The notes: generated by a model not told the origin, from the letters alone. A stretch of 61,281 nt of DNA, filler included, from a candidate division TA06 bacterium SM23_40 (GCA_001303705.1; 5 parts of 5 records of this genome joined end to end with filler, not necessarily neighbours in it); one strand, 5' to 3'. Counted from the first letter of the whole stretch, positions 10,659 to 19,988 are shown. Numbers and translations are program-made.

Positions 10659-11498
10659 TCAATCCGTATCCTCAGCCTCCGGAGGCCGTGCCCCGTTCCT
10701 AAAAACGAACGCCTTTGTCGGGCAGACCTCGTTCGCCTCCGGCCACTCCTGTATGGTGTCGTAATCGATCTTCGGGAGATTGCCCTCCATCACAATGCCG
10801 CCCCCCGGGGGCGCCTTCTTGCCGGCACACAGGGTGCAGGCGATACACCCAACGGTGCAGGCTGCCTTCACTTCCTTCGCCTTGCCCTGGGAGATACATC
10901 CAAGGTAGAAGCGCTGGGTACGGGGAATGAGCTCGATAATCCCGCGCGGACAGGCCGCTACGCAGAGGCCGCAGCCCGTGCACGCCTCCTCTGATACAAT
11001 AGCAAGCCCGTTGTCGCCCATAGTGATGGCCCCGCACGGACAGGCGCGCTCGCACGATGCCAGTCCCAGACAGCCATACACACACGCCTTCGACCCCGCA
11101 CTCACGAACTGGGCTGCCTTACAATCCTGGATCCCCCGATAAATGAACCGCTCCTTGGCCTCGGCCCTCCCACCCTGACAGCGTACGACCGCGAGGGGGG
11201 GCTCCACGCCCGCGCCGCACTCAACGCCCATGATCGCGGCCACCTGCTCGGCGACCTCAGAACCGCCGGGCACACATCCGCTGACCGGAGCCCTGCCTGC
11301 GACAACGGCCTCAGCGAATCCGCTGCACCCTGCCTCCCCGCAGCTCCCGCAGTTCGTGCCGGGCAGAACCTCGATGATATGCTCAATCTTCGGGTCGACA
11401 TGGACGGCGAACTTGCGAGATGCATAGGCGAGGCCGGCGCCAAACAGCGTCCCGATCCCCGCCATTGTCCCCACAGAATAGATGAGCCTCGGATCCAT
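10659..11498 (-). CDS. rnfB: RnfB-like membrane-anchored polyferredoxin
   Basis: N-terminal TM helix then ASRKFAVHVDP; LPGTNCGSCGEAGC..CVPGG; CVYGCLGLASC; further ferredoxin motifs. Confidence 0.9.
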   Translation of the reverse strand: MDPRLIYSVGTMAGIGTLFGAGLAYASRKFAVHVDPKIEHIIEVLPGTNCGSCGEAGCSGFAEAVVAGRAPVSGCVPGGSEVAEQVAAIMGVECGAGVEPPLAVVRCQGGRAEAKERFIYRGIQDCKAAQFVSAGSKACVYGCLGLASCERACPCGAITMGDNGLAIVSEEACTGCGLCVAACPRGIIELIPRTQRFYLGCISQGKAKEVKAACTVGCIACTLCAGKKAPPGGGIVMEGNLPKIDYDTIQEWPEANEVCPTKAFVFRNGARPPEAEDTD

Positions 11499-11627
11499 CT
11501 CCGCTCCTCTTCCCCATGCTCAGAACCTACCGCCGCCACGAAAAAGACCAGCCGGTATGTCAAACCCTGATTCGAGAAAAATGACCACCTGGGCTGGTCT
11601 CGTAATCGACCACACCACTGCGGCCAC

Positions 11628-11657
11628 ACTATATTCGGACTGCCCCTTCGTTGTCAA
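11628..11657 (-). promoter_or_regulatory. Sigma70-type promoter heading rnfB-hdr-flx
   Basis: TTGACA-18 nt-TATAGT. Confidence 0.72.
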
Positions 11658-11696
11658 GAATTTTCCCCCAACTTTGTGCATTTTTTCACATACTCC

Positions 11697-12211
11697 CCCG
11701 GGGACGTTGGTAGGTTCAGAAGGTTACGCCGGGACGTACCCAAGTTTTGATGGTTATTCGACCTGCCGGGGACGTTGGTAGGTTCGGAAGGTTAGGCGAG
11801 GCGACGCAGGGACGCACCCAGGTTATGGAAGTTATTGGCGATTGGAGACCCAAGAACGAAGCCGACCGATCAGCTCGGCCGGCTCAGGGATGTCGGTGGG
11901 CCCCACAACTACAACTGGGGATGTACCTAGGTCTTGAGGGCTATTTGACATGCCGGGGACGTTGGTAGGTTCGGAAGGTTATACGAGGACTGCCCGGGTT
12001 TTGAAGGTTATTCAACTACAACAGAAGCTCTGGGACGTCTTTAGGTAATGAAGATTACTGGCCCCAACTATGCCGTCCCTACGTTTATGCCGCCCCTACG
12101 TTGTGGAGTTCGTTAACGCCATACAGGAACGTACCCGGCTCAGCAGTCATCGACTCCCGTGCTGACCTTTCGAGAGAGGCGCCACAACCTACAGAACCTA
12201 CCAACGTCCCC
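11697..12211. repeat. Array of ~26-bp GGGACG...GGTTA sites in two subtypes, plus one inverted copy
   Basis: Type A GGGACGTTGGTAGGTTCRGAAGGTTA at 11701, 11769, 11956. Type B (GGGACGTACCCAGGTTTTGAAGGTTA-like) at 11731, 11809, 11918, 11986, 12032. Inverted type A at 12186-12211. Confidence 0.9.
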
Positions 12212-12220
12212 GACCCACGT

Positions 12221-14209
12221 TTACTGAAGGCCTCGAGACTTGATCTCGAAGGGGAACGAATCCTCATGCTCTGCGTCCGGGTACGAGCCGACGCGCACAT
12301 AGAGCCTGTAGTCACCCGCAACCGGCGCGTTCGACGGCACAGGTAGCCCATAGATCCGGTCTAATTCCTGGCCGCCAAGCAGGAAGAGGCTATATGGTCC
12401 AAGGCTGTATACTAGGTTCGGACCGAGATAGGCATCGATCCACCACTGCGTGCTCACGTTCCCGGGCGTCGTATTGCGGAAGTTGACGGCGAAGTCGAGT
12501 GAGGCATTCGGCGGTGTGATCCCAGGGGCGCCGCGCACGGTCGTACGCTGAAATTCGTCGACCGTCGCCACGACATCAGGAAGGAACCACGGCTCGATAT
12601 CACACCGGACTCCGACATCCTCCGTGAACCGGTCCCGGCCCGGTCGCCATCCAAACGTATTCGAGTATTCCCACATCTGGTAGGAGAACGGAGGCGTCAG
12701 GTCGAATCCCACATAGGGGTTCTGATCGTCGAGCCCCATACACGCGATGTAGAACCCGGAGCCATCGGTGATCTCCACTTCGGGCTCAACCTCCACTCCA
12801 TACCATCCCTGTCCCCCATTGTAGTCGAGCGTGTCCAGAGCCAGCGTGTCCCCTGGCGTCGAACCGGGCCCGTTGTCATCGAACACGTAGAAGACGAGGC
12901 AGTTGTAGCAAGGCGTTCCTGAATTGATGTAGACCTCATATCGCGAGATTCGGACCGAATCCCGGGATGGGACGAAGTAATTCGCCCATCCAGGAGCGTA
13001 GATGGGTCACCAGGGGACTCCCGACTCGAGAATCGCGTCGCAGTAGTCGAACGTAGCCGGGAGGATTGCCACATGGCATTCCACATCGACCACATCATTA
13101 GCCGGGTTCTCGTCACCAATCAGGAGATTCTCGACTCTGACTGTATACAGCCCCTCCATAGCTGGTATCCAGGGCTCGAACACCAACGTGATCGCCTCTC
13201 CGATGCCCAGAACGGGGACTATCCAGGTCCGCTGGAACACAACGGAGCCGTACTCATCCCTGATCGTCATCCTGACGTGGAAGCTGGCTTCATCCCTGCT
13301 TCCACCGTTGTAGACTCGCGTCCAGACCACGAGCGGCTCACCAAACTCGGTGAAGAATCCGCCCGAGTTACCGCTCATCACGGCCTCAATACCGATATCG
13401 TGAAACGCTGGCTCATATGTGGCGGTGTCATAGATGGCGATCGCCAGCCCGGCATGGATGTCGTTCTGAGGCGGATTCAACCCGAACAGATAGGAGTACC
13501 CCCAGTGCCCAGCTATGTCCTCCCAGCCTACCGACCGGGTATTGGAGCTGGACCCTGATCCAGTCTGCTCGAAATACTGATAGCGGATCGCGCTATCGGG
13601 CTGGCTCAGGATGATCTGGAACGTGTTGTTACCTGTCGGAGTCGGATATGCCCAGAACGGCACGTCCAGATAATCGATCACCAGAGTGTCGGCAGCCGAA
13701 TTCGTGGCGTACCGGCATATTGCATTCGGCGCGGCCGGGTTGCCGAACTCGAGGTCGTCCGTGAACACGCCGAGGACGTCATTCGGCCTGTTCGACTTCG
13801 GATACTGCACAAACGGGGCAGCCTCGAGCATGTCGTCGCTGAACGAGATGTACCCGTTCGAGCCAACGTAGAACTGATCGACATCATACCAGTAATACGG
13901 GAAGTCGAACCCGATCGGGAACGGACCGACAACATTGTCGTCACCCAGTCCTGCAACCGTGTCGACGACCCAGCCCGCGGTCTCCAGATCGATCCACTCA
14001 TAAGTGATCACCGGATCTGGCGGATCACTGTCTACGTAGATATACCCCCAGTCATCCGGCCCACCTGACGATCGAGGCAACGTGATCTCCGGAGCGCGTT
14101 CGTGGCTGCGCGTAGCGATGGTCCTCTGCCCCTCGGCCCGCAGACGGAAAGCCAGGACCGCCAGGGCCACCATCGCTACCAGTACAACGAAAACCCACCC
14201 TCTCTTCAT
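12221..14209 (-). CDS. Secreted multi-domain protein (CARDB/Ig-like domains plus the shared C-terminal domain), interrupted by one in-frame TGA at 13007-13009
   Basis: ORFs 13007..14218 and 12221..12886 are in the same frame and separated only by TGA (ESGVPW*PIYAPGWANYF...VFDDNGP). GGAGG RBS and signal peptide at MKRGW. Confidence 0.75.
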
Positions 14210-14553
14210 GTTCTCCACCTCCTCAGTGGTTCACGCCTCCCATCGACTGACTCCACCGCCCGATCCTGGCCCCAGACGCTGGTCAATACACACCTGACAG
14301 TCCGCCGGCTCAGGGCTGAGCGAGCGTTCGCCTGCCGGCTGACCGGGATGGCTCAGGAGCCCTAGGCGCGACAGATCGCAACGAAGCGAATCACTGGACG
14401 ACGTCATTCGAAGGAGATGGTCGAGATCGGTATCATAGGAATCGGTCGATGGAGCGAGTTCGGTCCAGAGATCTGTCGCGTGCCCGGGATCAGCCGAAGG
14501 AGACAGTGAAGAAGCTCATCACTACGGTGGATGTACCTGCAGGAGGCCATTGT

Positions 14554-14583
14554 AGGATACAATAGATCCAGCCCGATTGTCAA
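14554..14583 (-). promoter_or_regulatory. Sigma70-type promoter for the 12221-14209 gene
   Basis: TTGACA-18 nt-TATCCT. Confidence 0.5.
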
Positions 14584-14668
14584 GAGAAAACGGCACGCCT
14601 CTGGATGAGAAGTATCCGAGACGAGGCACGCCGGGCGTCCCATCCGACTGCCATTGCGATGCGTACCC

Positions 14669-14709
14669 CGTCCCCGGCGTAACCCACAGAACCTACCAAC
14701 GTCCCCGGG
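14669..14709 (-). repeat. Type-A site copy forming a ~40-bp inverted repeat with 11697-11736
   Basis: Reverse complement CCCGGGGACGTTGGTAGGTTCTGTGGGTTACGCCGGGGACG versus CCCGGGGACGTTGGTAGGTTCAGAAGGTTACGCCGGGACG. Confidence 0.88.
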
Positions 14710-14735
14710 TTGACAGCACGGGTTGGGTCCCCGGG

Positions 14736-14764
14736 TTGACAGGGGAGTGGGGGGGTGGTAGAAT
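14736..14764 (+). promoter_or_regulatory. Sigma70-type promoter for moeB
   Basis: TTGACA-17 nt-TAGAAT. Confidence 0.7.
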
Positions 14765-14798
14765 GTGCGCGGGTCGAAGCTACTGATGAGAGGGACCG

Positions 14799-15584
14799 AT
14801 GCTGCGTGACGATCAACTCGAGAGGTACTCACGACAGATCATTCTGCCCGAGGTCGGCGCCGATGGCCAGGAGAGGTTGCTTGGCGCCCGGGTGCTCATC
14901 GTCGGACTGGGTGGACTGGGTTCGGCAGCCGCCATCTACCTCGCCGCGGCAGGAGTCGGCACGCTCGGTCTGATCGACGACGGATCTGTCGAGCTCTCCA
15001 ATCTGCAGCGCCAGATCATCCATGGAACCGGGGACGTGGGCAGACCCAAACCTCGTTCGGCTGCGGATCGCATCGCCGCAGTCAATCCGGAGATAACGAT
15101 CGAAACCCACCTCGAGAAGTTCACTCCGGAGAATGGACTCTCTATTGTGGGTTCTTATGATATCGCAGTTGACGGCAGCGACAACTACCCCACCCGATAT
15201 GCGGTCAGCGACGCCGCCTCCATGGCAAACAAGCCCCTCGTCCACGCGAGCGCGCTCGCCTTCGAGGGGCATGTGACTATCTTTCCTGCAGGGGGCAGGC
15301 CATGCTATCGCTGCCTGTACCCAGAACCCCCACCGCCGGGTACCGTGCCCACCTGTCAGGAGGCGGGCATCATCGGTTCCCTTGCAGGAACGCTGGGGGC
15401 GATTCAGGCGACTGAAGCCGTGAAACTCATCCTCAGCGTGGGCGAACCGCTGGTCTGCCGCCTCTGGACCTATGACTCGCGGACGGCGATCGTCCGCATC
15501 CTCGAGTATCAGCCCAATCCCGCCTGCCCGCGGTGCGGCGACGAGCCCACGATCACGCGCCCTGCTTCCCGAACTGCTCGATGA
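14799..15584 (+). CDS. moeB: ThiF/MoeB/HesA family adenylyltransferase without a rhodanese domain
   Basis: RYSRQI, GLGGLGS, SNLQRQ, DGSDNY, PCYRCLYP, TCQEAG and CPRC motifs. Confidence 0.9.
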   Translation: MLRDDQLERYSRQIILPEVGADGQERLLGARVLIVGLGGLGSAAAIYLAAAGVGTLGLIDDGSVELSNLQRQIIHGTGDVGRPKPRSAADRIAAVNPEITIETHLEKFTPENGLSIVGSYDIAVDGSDNYPTRYAVSDAASMANKPLVHASALAFEGHVTIFPAGGRPCYRCLYPEPPPPGTVPTCQEAGIIGSLAGTLGAIQATEAVKLILSVGEPLVCRLWTYDSRTAIVRILEYQPNPACPRCGDEPTITRPASRTAR

Positions 15585-16188
15585 ATGATAATCCCATCTT
15601 GTCCCGGCCGAGTAAGACATCGGCGGCGGCCACGACCTCGTCGACTCCCTTCGCGTAAGGATTGACGATGGGAAGGTCGAGGCCATAGCCGAGTGCCATC
15701 GCCAGGAATGCTCGATTGAGTACGCCCCGCTGCGGCATGCCGTGTGAGATGTTACTCACTCCGAGCACGGTTCTGGCGCCGAGCCGCTCCTTCACCATGC
15801 CGATCGCCCTCAGTGTCTCCCAGGCCTGATCCTGAGCTGCACCGACTGTGAGCGTGACGCAATCGATGAAGATGTCGCGCAGCGAAACGCCCGTATCGAG
15901 GGCTTGTGCGACGATGCGCTCAGCGATCGCCAAGCGGCTCTCCGCCGTATCCGGCAGACCCTTCTCGTCGATCGCCATCCCGATCATCGCAGCACCGTAC
16001 CGCTTCACAAGCGGAAGCATCCGCTCCAGGCTTTTCTCCTCTCCGGTCACCGAGTTGACGATCGACTTGCCAGGCGCCTCGGCGAGACCGGCCTCGATGA
16101 CGAGCGGATCGGCGGAGTCGATCGCCAGGGGAACGTCGGCCACCCTTCCCACTGCACGGACGGCCCACCTCATCGCCTCCTGCTCGTC
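15553..16188 (-). CDS. Pterin-binding domain of a methyltetrahydrofolate/corrinoid methyltransferase (MetH/AcsE-like); 5' end truncated by the gap
   Basis: PLAIDS, IVNSVTGE, IFIDC and GVSNISHG motifs. Confidence 0.85.
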   Translation of the reverse strand, partial: DEQEAMRWAVRAVGRVADVPLAIDSADPLVIEAGLAEAPGKSIVNSVTGEEKSLERMLPLVKRYGAAMIGMAIDEKGLPDTAESRLAIAERIVAQALDTGVSLRDIFIDCVTLTVGAAQDQAWETLRAIGMVKERLGARTVLGVSNISHGMPQRGVLNRAFLAMALGYGLDLPIVNPYAKGVDEVVAAADVLLGRDKMGLSFIEQFGKQGA

Positions 16189-16288
16189 NNNNNNNNNNNN
16201 NNNNNNNNNNNNNNNNNNNNNNNNNNNNNNNNTTAATTAATTAANNNNNNNNNNNNNNNNNNNNNNNNNNNNNNNNNNNNNNNNNNNN
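16189..16288. other. Artificial contig linker
   Basis: N-run, TTAATTAATTAA (stops in all six frames), N-run. Confidence 0.97.
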
Positions 16289-17034
16289 CCAGTGGCCTCG
16301 TCAAAGCAGCAACCACCGGCAACGCTCGACGGTATCCCGGAGTTCACCGTACACGACACGCCCGTGTAGACCAGGGCAACAGGGTCAAACTGCCGCAGAT
16401 TGTAGAGATTTTGCTCGAACACCCACAGCCACGGACCATCAGGGCTGTTGTTGTCATACGCCATCCCGTACTTCGCATACACGGCGTCTGGCGTCGTCGT
16501 CAGAACCACGAGCGGCGGGGTCGTGAACGAATAGATCGGATCGTAGAAGTCACCAGTCCACCAGACACCCGTAACCTGATCGTACGCCAGCGCACGGTTG
16601 GGATTCTCAGGACCAGGGTTCGACGTGACGTAGTTACCGAACTGGTCATACGCGTCGATGTTCGTTGAGAAACTACCCCAGATGTACTCCTCAGTCTCCG
16701 CCAGGTCGCGGAGACCCCAACCATTCGATCCGGCCATCTGCTGATACGTCCCGACCAGATTACAGTTCTCGTCGAACTGGTAAATGTAGTTCGGATCCAA
16801 CCCGCTGTTGCCGCCGGTCACCCAGTGATATCCCCACTTCCACTCGTTGCCGAGTATGTGGTTGTCACCCGTCGGGGCCTCCATGAGCGGATCGCAGAAG
16901 TCAGCCGGGGTAACCTGGCCAGGCTCCGCGCTCCGATCCTCGGTAACCGGCGCTACTTTCACAGCACTGGTGGCATAGGCCAGACTCGCCAGCATCACAG
17001 CCATCAGTCCTGCCAGGAAGATACTTTTCCTCAT
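16289..17034 (-). CDS. Secreted protein with a probable beta-propeller N-domain, paralog 1; 3' end truncated by the gap
   Basis: Signal peptide MRKSIF..AYA; near-identical to the N-half of 17589..19283. Confidence 0.85.
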
Positions 17035-17060
17035 CTTCCTCCCCCCTCCTGTTATGTTAC

Positions 17061-17246
17061 CCATTCCCTACGAAGCGCGTTGCGAGCTTCTGGACCCTCC
17101 CGGGATCACGCCATCGACGCCAGACCGGGAAGCTCCCGGATCATGCCTGATCCGATAAGCTCGCACCTCCCATGAGCCCGCCAGACGACTCCCGTCATCA
17201 CCCCCTTTCCACGACGGCCACGCGGGCCCTGACTCTGCCGCCGTCG
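17061..17246 (-). ncRNA. Candidate structured 5' leader, copy 1
   Basis: Non-coding block conserved with 19309-19494; several shared helices, one with a compensatory change. Confidence 0.55.
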
Positions 17247-17425
17247 GTTGGTGTGACAGCCTCCCTACGTACTCTACAAACGAGCTGCTACTGAGGTAGC
17301 TCGCTCTCATAGGGACAAAAGACCCACCTCTGCCGTGTCCCGCTCCGATCGCGGTTTCTCCAGAGCTCGTAGCCACATAGGAATACTCCACCCGGCAGGG
17401 CAGGCCTCACCTCTTGATGAGCGCC

Positions 17426-17454
17426 ATTGTACGACTCTCGCCGAACCCTGTCAA
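17426..17454 (-). promoter_or_regulatory. Sigma70-type promoter for paralog 1
   Basis: TTGACA-17 nt-TACAAT. Confidence 0.78.
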
Positions 17455-17511
17455 GCGAAATGTAAGCCATCGATCACGCCCCCTCAAAAGTGGCCAGTGA
17501 CACATAGTGAA

Positions 17512-17539
17512 GCGCGGGGGTTCATCACAACCCCCGCGC
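17512..17539 (-). terminator. Hairpin downstream of paralog 2
   Basis: GCGCGGGGGTT-6 nt-AACCCCCGCGC; weak U-tract. Confidence 0.6.
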
Positions 17540-17588
17540 CTCTCGAACGCTCTTTCGAGCGGTTGTCGGCTCAGCCGAGTCCGCTGCC

Positions 17589-19283
17589 CTAGAAGGCAAC
17601 AAACTCCATCACGACATCCGCCAGGAAGTCGGTCCCACCGAGCTCGAACGACGTGCCAAGCGTCTTGCCTGTGCCGAAATTGGCAATGCCGATCTGATCC
17701 ATGTTGTCCGGGTTCTGGAACACGAGCTCAGCCGGCGGGATCGGTGAGAGTTCATCGATCCAGCTGTTCTCGCCGAAGTACGGAGAAACCAGACCCCCAA
17801 GACCCGGCATCAGCGTGTTCGCCACGCCGTTGACCGTGAACAGATCACTACCGCCGTCGCCTACAGCCATGATCCCGAACGCCGGCCCGAAGTCATGCCC
17901 GCCAACCATCGGATCGTAGTACCAGAAATCGCCGCCCTCAGCATACACCTTGCCGCCGGCTGCGATGTAGGCCTCGATCTGCAGGGCCTCGGGCGCGCCC
18001 GCCGCGATGAACCCGCTGTTCGGGTAGATGCCCATGAGAACAAACAGGCCCATGTGGTCGGGCAGGTTCCAGTCGCCCAGGTTGACCACAAACTCGTGCG
18101 TGTGGCCCATAGCTGTCAGCACATCGGCAATCGGCTGCCCGCTGATCGGGGTCATGTCAAGCTCCCAGATCAGGAACTCGGGCGGCATGTACACGTCGAT
18201 GATGCAGAGGTTGTGCTCGATGTAGATGCTCTGCTCAGGCTGACCAGGACCACTCCAGTCCGGCCAGCAGTGGCCGCCGCCACCGACCTCGGTGCCCAGA
18301 GGTGTGGCCATCGGGACGGTGAAGTAGAACAGTTCCGTGTAGCTGCCCGGCCCGACCGGACCAACCATCGTGTTCTGGATGAACCGAGGATGGCCAGCAG
18401 GCTCCCTACCAAGGCCGCCGCCAACGAGGAACGTGTTCGACATGCCCCACGGACCTGTGTCCACATACTTCCAGTTCACGGTCAGCTCGATCACGTCGCC
18501 GGGCAGATAGTACTCGGCATCCGTGGAAACGTCCGTGACCTTGCAGTATGCCGTGTCACCAGCACAACCCTCGGTGATGTCCACCGCGAACAGATGGTCC
18601 GGAGTACCCTGGATGATACCGTAGATGTCACCAGTGGCCTCGTCAAAGCAGCAACCACCGGCAACGCTCGACGGTATCCCGGAGTTCACCGTACACGACA
18701 CGCCCGTGTAGACCAGGGCAACAGGCGTCGTCGTCAGGACCACGAGCGGCGGGCTCGTGAACGAGTAGATCGGATCGTAGAAGTCACCGGTCCACCAGAC
18801 ACCCGTGTCAGGATCGCGCGCAAGCGCGCGGTTGGGATTCTCAGGACCGGGGATCGACGTGACGTAGTTGCCGAACTCGTCATACGCGTCGAGGTTCATC
18901 GAGAAACTACCATAGATGTAGTCCTCGTCCTCCGCCAGATCGCGGAGACCCCAACCATTCGACCCGGCCATCTGCTGATACGTCCCGACCAGATTGCCAA
19001 CATCGTCGTACTGGTAGATGTAGTTCGGGTCCAACCCGCTGTTGCCGCCGGTCACCCAGTGATATCCCCACTTCCACTCGTTGCCGAGAATGTGGTTGTC
19101 ACCAGTCTGAGCCTCCATGTCCCAGGCCCAGAGCGGATCGCAGAAGTCGGCAGGCGTCACCTGGCCAGGCTCCGCACACCGATCCTCGGTAACTGGCGCT
19201 ACTTTCACAGCACTGGCGGCATAGGCCAGACTCACCAGCATCACAGCCATCAGTCCTGTCAGGAAGATACTTCTCCTCATCAT
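17589..19283 (-). CDS. Secreted multi-domain acidic protein, paralog 2 (possible surface protein)
   Basis: Signal peptide, propeller-like repeats (GLRDLA, NRALA), Ig-like middle domain; GGAGG RBS. Confidence 0.85.
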   Translation of the reverse strand: MMRRSIFLTGLMAVMLVSLAYAASAVKVAPVTEDRCAEPGQVTPADFCDPLWAWDMEAQTGDNHILGNEWKWGYHWVTGGNSGLDPNYIYQYDDVGNLVGTYQQMAGSNGWGLRDLAEDEDYIYGSFSMNLDAYDEFGNYVTSIPGPENPNRALARDPDTGVWWTGDFYDPIYSFTSPPLVVLTTTPVALVYTGVSCTVNSGIPSSVAGGCCFDEATGDIYGIIQGTPDHLFAVDITEGCAGDTAYCKVTDVSTDAEYYLPGDVIELTVNWKYVDTGPWGMSNTFLVGGGLGREPAGHPRFIQNTMVGPVGPGSYTELFYFTVPMATPLGTEVGGGGHCWPDWSGPGQPEQSIYIEHNLCIIDVYMPPEFLIWELDMTPISGQPIADVLTAMGHTHEFVVNLGDWNLPDHMGLFVLMGIYPNSGFIAAGAPEALQIEAYIAAGGKVYAEGGDFWYYDPMVGGHDFGPAFGIMAVGDGGSDLFTVNGVANTLMPGLGGLVSPYFGENSWIDELSPIPPAELVFQNPDNMDQIGIANFGTGKTLGTSFELGGTDFLADVVMEFVAF

Positions 19284-19308
19284 CCTTCCTCCCTACTACT
19301 TACATTGT

Positions 19309-19494
19309 CCATTTCCTACGAAGCGTGGTGCGAGCTTGGTAACCCTCCCGGGATGACGTCATCGACGCTCCACCGGGAAGCTCCCGGATCGCGCTCGATC
19401 CGATAAGCTCACCCCTCCCATGAGCCCGTCACACGGCTCCAATCATCACCCCCTTCCTCGACGGCCAACCGGGCTCACGTTCTGCCGCCGTCGA
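19309..19494 (-). ncRNA. Candidate structured 5' leader, copy 2
   Basis: Homologous to 17061-17246. Confidence 0.55.
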
Positions 19495-19897
19495 TTTCGT
19501 GTTCTCAATCTTTAGGTAACCGGATACATCTATCACTCTCCCGGTGGGAGAGCTATGAGCCTTGGGGGTGGCCCCACATCACATCCCCGGGTTCGGCTAC
19601 GCTTCACCAGTCGTCCCCGCCGAAGCGTCCAGCCGCTTCCCTGCCCGAGGTTCACCACAACCCCACCCAATGACGAACTATCCACCGGCCTCGGAAACAG
19701 CCGAGCCACCCAACCTCCGCCAGGGACACGTGTCCGCACGGCCCCCCTCCGGTCCTCACCAGAGCCACCGCCCGAGGCTCGTCACCACAATATGTACAAA
19801 CCCGCCATTGCCATGTCTCTCCCCGTGGGCCTCATGGCTACGCCACGCATAGAGAAACATCACCTAGGCAGGGCGGGCTTCACTTCTTGGTAAACCG

Positions 19898-19926
19898 ATT
19901 GTACACAACTGCCCTCTTCTTGTCAA
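19898..19926 (-). promoter_or_regulatory. Sigma70-type promoter for paralog 2
   Basis: TTGACA-17 nt-TACAAT. Confidence 0.78.
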
Positions 19927-19988
19927 CCGAAAACTGCGATTTTTTAGGCTTTTCCAGCCCCCTCCCGCGGACAGCCATCCCCGAACGA

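Noticed and set aside
11697-12211. CRISPR array or integron attC array
   Set aside because: Two alternating repeat types, irregular spacers that are often only 4-14 nt, duplicated spacers, no palindromic attC structure, and no cas or intI gene in the window.
14404-14550. 48-aa minus-strand ORF (MASCRYIH...)
   Set aside because: No RBS and no recognisable features; more likely leader sequence.
16233-16244. TTAATTAATTAA recurring four times
   Set aside because: Always embedded in N-runs; an artificial six-frame-stop contig linker.
16289-19283. Diversity-generating retroelement TR/VR pair
   Set aside because: Both copies are genes with their own promoters, differences are not adenine-specific, and no reverse transcriptase is visible.
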